Source of the DNA: Acidimicrobiaceae bacterium
GTDB lineage: Bacteria; Actinomycetota; Acidimicrobiia; Acidimicrobiales; RAAP-2
Assembly (NCBI GenBank): GCA_003155135.1
Contig: PMFN01000015.1
Location: forward strand, 15,747-79,746
Reading direction: 5' to 3'
DNA: 64,000 nucleotides
Position 1 is the stretch's first letter. Each line of letters opens with the position of its first letter. Of the stretch, positions 1-7,433 are shown one piece after another. A program made the translations under genes and the position numbers. The notes below the pieces were generated by a model that did not search any database, was not told the origin of the DNA, and saw nothing but the letters and a program-made list of their open reading frames with translations.

Positions 1-153
1 CTGCTGGCGGGCCTCGACGTACGCCTTGGCCATGGCGATGGTCTCGCGGAGCGATCCACCGCGCTGCGCGGTGACCACGATCATGCCGGCGCTCGGCGGC
101 GCTTCGAGTAGGAGATCCCACTCCTCGTCCGTGAAGTCAGCCTTTGCGGTCAT
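1..153 (-). CDS. hypothetical protein, 5' end only (gene runs off the left edge)
   Basis: My own minus-strand translation. ATG at 153-151 follows GGAGAG, then MTAKADFTDEEWDLLLEAPPSAGMIVVTAQRGGSLRETIAMAKAYVEARQQ stays open to position 1. It is missing from the ORF track because it is truncated. No family recognised. Confidence 0.4.
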   Translation of the reverse strand, partial: MTAKADFTDEEWDLLLEAPPSAGMIVVTAQRGGSLRETIAMAKAYVEARQQ

Positions 154-318
154 GGTGCTCTCCGATCCATTGAAGGTGTCGACGCCCGCACCGGGCGCCG
201 ACGGCGATGCTGTACAAGTGTGGCGCGTGACGATGACCCTCGAATCGGCTCGGGATGGCGAGGGGGGCTGTCCACCAAGCAGACCCGCACGAGTGCAGAT
301 CGTACGTACTCCGTTCGC

Positions 319-1092
319 TCACGAACCGAAGTCGATTCGGACCAGTGGATCCTCGCAGGAAGGTCCCTCTGAGGCCCACACCTCGGGAAGCTCATCTGCC
401 GCTCGTGGCACCCGAAGGAGCAACGACGACCTCGTGCCATAGCCGTCCGCGTGGACACAGCACGCCGAGAGCTGCGAAGCCAGCCTGGCCTCCTCGGTGT
501 CGTCGGCAGTCGGCTGGGTGGGCGTGTGGTCACGGAGCGCCCGCCGCAAGATGGCCATCAGCTCGTTGACTGGCGTGCCTCGCACGTCGCCGAGAAGTCG
601 CCGCACGTGTTCGACCTTGGTGCTCGGCGCGCCAAGCGGCTTGTTCTCGAGTACGTGCACGCCGGATGCCAACTCGACGCGCCGAGCGTGGTCGGGGTCA
701 GTCAAGTCAAAGGAGGTCAACCCGGTCCGGTCCCCGACGAGGACCCAGCATGGGTTGAACGCACCGGCGATCGACCAGGCTTCGAACGCTGCAGCGGCTT
801 CGGCGGCCGTCGTGAAGGCGCTCAGCTGGAGCGGAATCTCGCCTCTCGTTCGCTTCGAGCCGTCACGGCCCCCGGGAATCGGAGCGTTCGTGAGTCCGGC
901 TGCGACCCCGTCTTCGTTGACCGCCAGCCATGTGCCTCCGGCCAGGAGGTCCCGACCGCCGAGTGTCCTCGGCGCATCGGTGCGGAGCAGGCCGACGGGC
1001 ACGGCGGGGCGGTCAAAGCGCTCATCGCGGTTGGCGGCGAGGACGAGCGGCCAATCCGGCACCACTCTCGACAGAACAATCAGCAGGCACAC
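319..1092 (-). CDS. NRDE family protein (TANGO2-like, DUF833)
   Basis: 257-aa ORF with a GTG start. N-terminus MCLLIV has Cys at position 2, followed by LVLAANRDE, the motif that names the family. Confidence 0.85.
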   Translation of the reverse strand: MCLLIVLSRVVPDWPLVLAANRDERFDRPAVPVGLLRTDAPRTLGGRDLLAGGTWLAVNEDGVAAGLTNAPIPGGRDGSKRTRGEIPLQLSAFTTAAEAAAAFEAWSIAGAFNPCWVLVGDRTGLTSFDLTDPDHARRVELASGVHVLENKPLGAPSTKVEHVRRLLGDVRGTPVNELMAILRRALRDHTPTQPTADDTEEARLASQLSACCVHADGYGTRSSLLLRVPRAADELPEVWASEGPSCEDPLVRIDFGS

Positions 1093-1117
1093 GACGACTC
1101 CCGGGGGTTCGGGCCCA

Positions 1118-1615
1118 TCAGGACCGGGGCAACACGTCGGACAGTCGTGTCAGGGCGTAGTCGCGATCTCTCGCTCCCGGCCCAGGCAAGGCGGTGACGG
1201 ATCTCGCGTCGAGCGCTTCGCCGCAGTACGAGCACACACTGACAGCGCTCACGATCTGCCCGCACGCCTTGTGCTGTAGCACCAAGGGCTCACCGCCCGG
1301 GGCGGCCCACCGATCACCCCACTGGCGCATCGCCGTGATCACATGCCACAGATCGCGACCTTTGTCCGTCAGTCGGTAGTCCGAGCGCGGCGGGTTGTCC
1401 TGATAGGACACGCGCTGGAGGACGCCTGCCTCCACGAGGTGGTTGAGGCGGTTGGTGAGGATGTTGCGGGAGATCCCGAGGCGGGTCTGGAAATCGTCGA
1501 ACCTGGTGACGCCGAGGAACGTGTCGCGCACGATGAGGAGGCTCCACCATTCGCCGACGACTTCGAGGCACTGCGCGACCGAACAGTTCAGGTCCTCGAA
1601 GCTGGTTCGCTGCAC
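1118..1615 (-). CDS. HxlR-family winged-helix transcriptional regulator with a Cys/His-containing C-terminal extension
   Basis: The N-terminus CSVAQCLEVVGEWWSLLIVRDTFLGVTRFDDFQTRLGISRNILTNRLNHLVEAGVL is a typical HxlR core. It lies divergent to the thioesterase gene across a 68-nt gap. The last ~60 aa carry H-x2-C-x10-C-x2-C. Confidence 0.85.
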   Translation of the reverse strand: MQRTSFEDLNCSVAQCLEVVGEWWSLLIVRDTFLGVTRFDDFQTRLGISRNILTNRLNHLVEAGVLQRVSYQDNPPRSDYRLTDKGRDLWHVITAMRQWGDRWAAPGGEPLVLQHKACGQIVSAVSVCSYCGEALDARSVTALPGPGARDRDYALTRLSDVLPRS

Positions 1616-1632
1616 AAGGTGAGCCTAGTGGG

Positions 1633-1661
1633 TTGTGTGATAGAACGCACTTCGGTAGATT
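1633..1661 (+). promoter_or_regulatory. candidate sigma-70-like promoter (TTGTGT-N17-TAGATT) for the thioesterase gene
   Basis: Read directly in the relatively AT-rich HxlR/thioesterase divergent gap. The -10 hexamer fits TANNNT and sits 22 nt upstream of the ATG at 1684. No experimental support. Confidence 0.3.
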
Positions 1662-1683
1662 GAGTTTCCCAACGTAGGAACTC

Positions 1684-2169
1684 ATGACCCAGCGCCTCAC
1701 TTCGGGGACCGAACAGAAAGGGCCCAGGATGACGACAACGACCACGGTGCCCGGAACGCCCAAGCTGGACGTCGGATCGCTGGAGAATGCCAGTGCCTTT
1801 GTGGCTGCGGCAGGCCTCGTTCTCGACGAGATCGGCGACGACCGGGTCACCGGGCGCATCGAGCTCGGACCCGAGCACCAGACCCCCTGGGGCATCGTGC
1901 ATGGGGGCGTCTACACGAGCGCCATCGAAAGCGCAGCCAGCATCGGGGCAAGTGCGGCAGTGGCTGGGCGTGGCATAGTTGCCGTCGGTTTCACCAATAC
2001 GACACATTTCCTGCGCTCGGTCAGCTCAGGGAAGGTGCTGGTGGAGGCGACGACCATCAACCAGGGCCGGACGCAACAGCTGTGGAGTGTCGACATCCAC
2101 GACGGCGCAGGAAAGCTCCTCGCTCACGGTGAGGTCAGGCTCCAGAATCTGAAGCCCGCCGCCGAGTAG
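1684..2169 (+). CDS. PaaI-family hotdog-fold thioesterase
   Basis: The 161-aa ORF contains TPWGIVHGGVYTSAIESAAS, and its C-terminus (QLWSVDIHD..GKLLAHGEVRLQNL) is typical of PaaI/4HBT thioesterases. The start could also be the Met at 1729. Confidence 0.85.
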   Translation: MTQRLTSGTEQKGPRMTTTTTVPGTPKLDVGSLENASAFVAAAGLVLDEIGDDRVTGRIELGPEHQTPWGIVHGGVYTSAIESAASIGASAAVAGRGIVAVGFTNTTHFLRSVSSGKVLVEATTINQGRTQQLWSVDIHDGAGKLLAHGEVRLQNLKPAAE

Positions 2170-2255
2170 GAGCGGGCGCCGGGTGGCGCCGATGCCGCTC
2201 TCGGGCGCCTCGATGACATCGCGTTTGTCTCGTCGTCACTTAGCATCTGGCCCAA

Positions 2256-4310
2256 ATGCCATCGAAACCTCTCTTCACCGCAGCACACACGCGCTTCTTG
2301 AGGCTGAGTGCGACGTGCCTGGCTCTCAGCCTCCTGACGGCTCTCGCAGGACTCTCGGGCGTCGGGGCCAGTGCCGGTGCGGCCACGGTCACCGGCTCTG
2401 TCCCGGTCGGTCAGGCGCCGTGGGGCGTAGCGGTGACGCCCAATGGCCAGTACGCCTACGTGACCAACTTCGGCGACAACACCGTGAGTGTGATCTCGAC
2501 GGCCACCGACACGGTCATCGGTACGCCGATCCCCGTCGGGGTCTATCCCGAGGACATTGCAATCACGCCGGACGGCTCACATGCCTACGTCGCCGATCCG
2601 GGCACGAACGATGTCCGAGTTATCTCGACCGCGACCAACACGGTTGTCGGCACGCCGATCGGCGTCACTGGGTCGCCCTATGGCGTCGCCATCACCCCGA
2701 ACGGCCAGTACGTTTACGTGACGAGCGAATACACCGGGACCGTGAACGTGATCGCGACCGCCACCAACACCGTGGTCGCCGGCCCGATCAACGTCGGGAA
2801 CACTCCCCGGGAGGTGGCCATCACGCCCAATGGCCAGTACGCGTATGTCGCGAACAATGTCTCGGACAATGTGAGTGTGATCTCGACCGCCACTAATTTG
2901 GTGGTGCAAACAATTTCAGCGCCCGGCGGCCCCGATGGACTAGCGATCACACCCAACGGCGAATTCGTCTACGTCAGCGAGGCCGACGCAGACGCCGTCA
3001 CCGTGATCTCGACTGCCACGAACACCGTGGTCGGGTCGCCGATCGATGTCGGTGCATCCCCCTACGGCCTGGCCGTGGCGCCTAACGGCGCTGCCGTGTA
3101 CGTGGTCAACGGCGGGGGGAGCTCGATGGACGTGATCTCGATTGCCACGAACACCGTGGTAGGGGCGCCGATCGACGTCGGCTCTGCCCCCTACCGTGTG
3201 GCTTTCACCACTGACGGCACCACGGCCTATGTCGTCAACAACGGATCGAACTCGGTGAGCGTCGTCGACCTCTCCCTCGGCATCACGTCGCCGAGTACGG
3301 GATCCGTGACGGCCTCGGAGTCCTACTCCGGGCAGCTGACGACGGGCGGCGCCACCGGCGCGGTGACGTACGCCACGACGGCCAGCTCGCCCTGGGTGAG
3401 CGTGAGCAGCCAGGGCGCGGTCAGCTCGTTGGCCACAGCACCCGTCGGCACGTATACGACGTCGGGAACCGTCGCCGACGCGGCCGGCGATGTGGGGACG
3501 TGGTCGTTCACTCTCACCGTCCTGCCCGAACACGGTCCCGGACTCGTCCAGGGGTACTGGGAGGTGGCATCAGATGGGGGCGTGTTCTCCTTCAACGAGC
3601 CGTTCTTCGGCTCGATGGGTGGGCGTCACCTGAACAAGCCCGTCGTTGGCATCGCGGCCGCTCCGGGCGAACTGGGCTACTGGGAGGTCGCATCCGACGG
3701 CGGCGTGTTCGCTTTCGGCAGCGCCGCGTTCGAGGGCTCGATGGGCGGCAAGCACCTGAACGCACCTGTCGTCGGTACCGCCGCTGATCCGCAGGGCCAG
3801 GGCTACTGGGAGGTCGCATCCGACGGCGGCGTGTTCGCTTTCGGCAGCGCCGCGTTCCACGGCTCGATGGGCGGCAAGCACCTGAACGCGCCGATCGTGG
3901 GCATCGCAGCCACGTCGGACGGCGGCGGCTACTGGCTCGTGGCGTCCGACGGAGGGGTCTTCGCATTCGGCGATGCGCACTTCGACGGCTCGATGGGTGG
4001 GAGCCACCTTAACCAGCCGGTCGTCGGCATCGCCGCCACGCCCGACGGCACCGGCTACTGGTTGGTCGCCTCGGATGGGGGGATCTTCAGCTACGGCAGT
4101 GCACCGTTCCGAGGCTCGATGGGTGGCCTGCACCTGAACAGAGCGGTCGTGGGCATGGCGACAGCACCCGACGGACAGGGGTACTGGGAAGTTGCCTCCG
4201 ACGGCGGTGTCTTCAGTTTCGGCAGCGCCGACTTCCAGGGCTCGATGGGCGGCCAGCACTTGAACGAGCCGGTCGTCGGCCTCGCCGCCCCCTTCGCCGC
4301 CGCTGGTTGA
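2256..4310 (+). CDS. secreted repeat protein: signal peptide, 7 YVTN beta-propeller repeats, Ig-like segment, 6 copies of an unnamed 42-aa repeat
   Basis: The N-terminus has a hydrophobic signal (LSATCLALSLLTALAGLSGVGASAGAA). Seven units follow of the form P..VG..P.GVAITPNGQYAYV(T/A)N...N.VSVISTATNTVVG, the YVTN repeat. After those come six units of GYW(E/L)VASDGG(V/I)F(A/S)(F/Y)G.A.F.GSMGG.HLN.PVVG. Confidence 0.85.
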   Translation: MPSKPLFTAAHTRFLRLSATCLALSLLTALAGLSGVGASAGAATVTGSVPVGQAPWGVAVTPNGQYAYVTNFGDNTVSVISTATDTVIGTPIPVGVYPEDIAITPDGSHAYVADPGTNDVRVISTATNTVVGTPIGVTGSPYGVAITPNGQYVYVTSEYTGTVNVIATATNTVVAGPINVGNTPREVAITPNGQYAYVANNVSDNVSVISTATNLVVQTISAPGGPDGLAITPNGEFVYVSEADADAVTVISTATNTVVGSPIDVGASPYGLAVAPNGAAVYVVNGGGSSMDVISIATNTVVGAPIDVGSAPYRVAFTTDGTTAYVVNNGSNSVSVVDLSLGITSPSTGSVTASESYSGQLTTGGATGAVTYATTASSPWVSVSSQGAVSSLATAPVGTYTTSGTVADAAGDVGTWSFTLTVLPEHGPGLVQGYWEVASDGGVFSFNEPFFGSMGGRHLNKPVVGIAAAPGELGYWEVASDGGVFAFGSAAFEGSMGGKHLNAPVVGTAADPQGQGYWEVASDGGVFAFGSAAFHGSMGGKHLNAPIVGIAATSDGGGYWLVASDGGVFAFGDAHFDGSMGGSHLNQPVVGIAATPDGTGYWLVASDGGIFSYGSAPFRGSMGGLHLNRAVVGMATAPDGQGYWEVASDGGVFSFGSADFQGSMGGQHLNEPVVGLAAPFAAAG
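3552..4307 (+). repeat. six tandem in-frame coding repeats with a 126-nt period (42 aa)
   Basis: GYW starts recur every 126 nt, for example at 3675 and 3801. Units 2 and 3 match at 86 of 89 nt (3675-3763 vs 3801-3889). The other units are clearly more diverged at the DNA level. Confidence 0.8.
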
Positions 4311-4357
4311 CGATCGGGTTCTCGCAACTGCCAGTGAGTCGGCCGGCACCTGGGGCG

Positions 4358-5866
4358 TCAGGAGACCGGCGCCGGTTCGGCCTCTGGCATGCGCACGTCG
4401 CCGGCGAGCGTGGCGAGGTTACCGCTCCTGAGGACGAGACCGGCGATGACGGCGCCGGCCACGAAGATCAGTGACGACCACAAAAACGCCGTGGTGTAGC
4501 TGTGCAGGGCCGCGGTCTTGAGGTTCTCGGGATTGAGGGCCTTGCCCACGAGGTAGGCAGTGGCGGCCCCTGCCGCCAGGGTGTTGAGAAGAGCCGTGCC
4601 GATCGAGCCCCCGACCTGCTGGGTGGTGTTGAGGGTCGCCGATCCGACGCCAGCATCATGTGGCTCGAGGCCGAGCGTCCCGGTGCTGAACGACGGGGCG
4701 AGGCTGAGGCCGAAGCCGAGGCCGAGAAGCAACAGGTAGGGCAGCACATGGCTGACGTACGAGCTGTGGAGCCCGACGAGGTGGAGCAAGTACAGCGCGG
4801 CGGCGTCGACGAGGAGCCCGATCGGAACGATCACCTTCGGCCCGATGAGCGGGAGGAGGACCCGGTTGGAGACCTGGGCGGTCCCGGCCAGGACGATCAC
4901 CATCGGGAGGAACGCCACGCCGGTCTTGACCGGGCTGAAACCGAGCGTCCCCTGGAGGTAGTAGGTGAGGAACAAGAAGACCCCGAAGATCCCGATGCTG
5001 GCGAACAGCATGGCGAGCATCGAGCCGCCGCGGGTCCTATTCAGCACCACGCGTGGCGGCAGCAGAGGGTAGGACGCACGCGTCTCGAGGAGCGCGAAGC
5101 CGACGAGGAGGAGGGCGCCGACGACCAAGAACCCGACTGTGTACGGATTGGCCCACGCGGTGGTCTCGGCGTGCGAGAACCCGTAGACGAGGCAGAACAG
5201 TCCACTGGTCACGAGGAGGAGACCAGGGATGTCGATCGGGTCACGGTCGGCGGCCTTGTCGTTCTTGAGCCAGAGCAGCGCCCCGGTGGTGGCGATGGCC
5301 GAGAAGGCCAGATTGACGAACAGGGTCCATCGCCACGACGCATACGAGGTCAGGATCCCGCCGAGCAGCAGCCCGAGCGCCCCACCCGCTCCCGCGATCC
5401 CGCCGTAGATAGCGAAGGCCTTGCCCCGTTCCGCAGGGTTGCGGAACGTGGTGGTCAAAAGGGCGAGCACCGACGGTGCGAGCAAAGCGCCGAAGGCGCC
5501 CTGGACAGTCCGGGCGGTCACCAGCATCACGAAATTCACCGACGCGCCGCCGATTGCCGACGCGCCGGCGAAACCCACCAGACCGACGATGAGGGTGCGC
5601 TTGCGGCCGAAGATGTCCCCGATCCGCCCCCCAAGAAGCAAGAGGCTGCCGAACGCCAACGAATAAGCCGTCACGATCCATTGACGGTCCGCGTTCGAAA
5701 AGCCCAGTGAGTGCTGAGCGGTCGGCAGGGCGATGTTGACGATGGTGTTGTCCAAGATGACCATCAGCTGCGCGGTGCCGAGGACGGCCAGGATCCACCA
5801 GCGCATGGCGTGGTTCGCCGCCCCGTCGCTGGTCACGACCGGCTCTGCGGTGGTCGGTGGACTCAT
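4358..5866 (-). CDS. MFS transporter, DHA2 (EmrB/QacA-like, 14-TMS) family
   Basis: Contains LGTAQLMVILDNTIVNIALP and GRIGDIFGRKR with many hydrophobic spans. I place the start at ATG 5866 (MSPPTT...) because AGGAGG lies 5 nt upstream. The longer ORF to 5992 adds a non-hydrophobic R/P-rich head. Confidence 0.9.
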   Translation of the reverse strand: MSPPTTAEPVVTSDGAANHAMRWWILAVLGTAQLMVILDNTIVNIALPTAQHSLGFSNADRQWIVTAYSLAFGSLLLLGGRIGDIFGRKRTLIVGLVGFAGASAIGGASVNFVMLVTARTVQGAFGALLAPSVLALLTTTFRNPAERGKAFAIYGGIAGAGGALGLLLGGILTSYASWRWTLFVNLAFSAIATTGALLWLKNDKAADRDPIDIPGLLLVTSGLFCLVYGFSHAETTAWANPYTVGFLVVGALLLVGFALLETRASYPLLPPRVVLNRTRGGSMLAMLFASIGIFGVFLFLTYYLQGTLGFSPVKTGVAFLPMVIVLAGTAQVSNRVLLPLIGPKVIVPIGLLVDAAALYLLHLVGLHSSYVSHVLPYLLLLGLGFGLSLAPSFSTGTLGLEPHDAGVGSATLNTTQQVGGSIGTALLNTLAAGAATAYLVGKALNPENLKTAALHSYTTAFLWSSLIFVAGAVIAGLVLRSGNLATLAGDVRMPEAEPAPVS

Positions 5867-6031
5867 CGATGCCTCCTGGGTGGGGGACAACTCGCTGGGG
5901 TGCCAACTCGCTGCCGGGTGATCGGGCGCGCGACGCCCGACGAGGTATCCCCTCAACATACCGACCGGGGTTGTGGCCTCATGCAGGCCCATCCTGGGCC
6001 GGCGTGTGTGTGCGCCAAGGGGCCCTCGTCG

Positions 6032-6661
6032 TCAGCGGCCGTGGAGAAGCTCGAGGCCGTCTCCGGTCAATCCTGCGAGCTCATGGCGACCGAGCATCAT
6101 GAGGATTACCGACCGGGCCGGCCCTTCGACGACGGCACCCTCGCCAAATGACCACTCGAGGTCCGGGCACACCCACGTGACACCATCGAGTCGTCCCCGC
6201 TGAACGAAGCCTCGCGTTGCCTTCGCCGAGACGAGAAAATCCAAGATGGGAAGAGCGCGGTCGGGTGCCACCTCGCGCTCAATGCCGAGAGGTATGCAGA
6301 CGTCCTGCCCATGGACCACGACGTCGGTCAGGGGTGCGATCGGCCCGAAGCCCGGCGGGGCGAACCGGTGGTCCTTCTTCGCCCGCAGCACCGCAGCCAG
6401 CCGTGCGCCGGTCATCGTGTTCTTGCGAGCCTCGGTGAAGGAATAGCGATCGAAGTCGAAGCGGTACGAGGCCAGCGTGAGAACGAGGCGGGGCAAGCTC
6501 TGGCTCAACGGTGTCACCAGGTGGGCGGCGACGTCACGCACAGTCCAGCCCTCACAGAGGCTGGGCGTCTGCCACTGCGACGCCGAGAGACCATCGAAGA
6601 TGTCGGCGAGACCGACGCGCTCGCCTGCGATCATCGCCCACAGCTGCGCATTGGTCGCCAC
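6032..6661 (-). CDS. maleylpyruvate-isomerase-family mycothiol-dependent enzyme (DinB fold)
   Basis: GTG start. MATNAQLWAMIAGERVGLADIFDGLSASQWQTPSLCEGWTVRDVAAHL matches the N-terminal signature of the actinobacterial mycothiol-dependent DinB family. Confidence 0.8.
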   Translation of the reverse strand: MATNAQLWAMIAGERVGLADIFDGLSASQWQTPSLCEGWTVRDVAAHLVTPLSQSLPRLVLTLASYRFDFDRYSFTEARKNTMTGARLAAVLRAKKDHRFAPPGFGPIAPLTDVVVHGQDVCIPLGIEREVAPDRALPILDFLVSAKATRGFVQRGRLDGVTWVCPDLEWSFGEGAVVEGPARSVILMMLGRHELAGLTGDGLELLHGR

Positions 6662-6776
6662 GGAGGGAGCCTACGTTCGGCCGGTCCGGGCCACCAACAG
6701 GGGCACCGAGCAGCCTGGCCGCCGACCCGCTCGGTCCGACGGAGATGGCGTGTCGACGCCGGGGCACACTGGCGGC

Positions 6777-7361
6777 ATGCGGTTGTTCGTCGCCGTCGAC
6801 CCCTCCCCCACCGCCGAGGCTGCACTGCGCGCACTCCCCCGGCCCACGTCGCACGACCTCCGATGGACCACCCCGGACCAGTGGCACGTCACCGTTCGGT
6901 TCCTCGGTGACGTGGAAGACGACGGGCCGGTCATCAAGGCCCTCGCTCGGCTGCCGGCGCAGGTCGCAGGCGCTGCGACCGAAGCGCGCATGGGGCCGGC
7001 GACCGCGTGGTTCCCTGGCCGGCGGATTCTTCACGCCCCGGTCACCGGGCTCGAATCGGTGGCCAAGGAGGTGGAACGACTCACCGCCGCGTGGGGCACC
7101 GCCACGGTGCAGCCGTTCGTCGGCCACCTCACCCTGGCGCGCACGCGCGGAGGCGCGCCCGGGCCCCGCGGCCTGGCCGGTGCCATCCTGCAGGGGAAAT
7201 TCGACGTTCGCCGCGTCGTGCTCTACGCGTCGACGCTCGCCCCGCAGGGAGCCTTCTACGAGGCTCGCGCCGCCGTGCACCTGCCGGCGGCGTCCACGTG
7301 GGCAACCCGAAGTGGCGGCGACGGCCCCACATCGCCGAACGACCGTTGGGCACAGAGGTAA
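6777..7361 (+). CDS. thpR: 2H phosphoesterase (RNA 2',3'-cyclic phosphodiesterase / LigT-ThpR family)
   Basis: Begins MRLFVAVDP and carries the two H-x-T-x motifs of the family (WHVTVRF and GHLTLAR). The start is at ATG 6777, inside the longer ORF 6477..7361. Confidence 0.85.
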   Translation: MRLFVAVDPSPTAEAALRALPRPTSHDLRWTTPDQWHVTVRFLGDVEDDGPVIKALARLPAQVAGAATEARMGPATAWFPGRRILHAPVTGLESVAKEVERLTAAWGTATVQPFVGHLTLARTRGGAPGPRGLAGAILQGKFDVRRVVLYASTLAPQGAFYEARAAVHLPAASTWATRSGGDGPTSPNDRWAQR

Positions 7362-7433
7362 AGGGGCAGGTCGCAAGGGCGGGGCCAACCCGCCGGGCGC
7401 TACCATCCGTGCATGAGGCGGGGAGGCTTCTAG

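Noticed and set aside
1093-1117. tRNA T-arm-like string GGGGGTTCGGGCCC
   Set aside because: The gap is only 25 nt, too short for a tRNA, and no acceptor or anticodon arms are present.
4349-4372. Perfect 12-nt palindrome ACCGGCGCCGGT near the convergent junction
   Set aside because: It lies inside the 3' coding end of the MFS gene and is made of self-complementary GGCGCC-type sequence, which is common in GC-rich DNA. There is no flanking U-tract.
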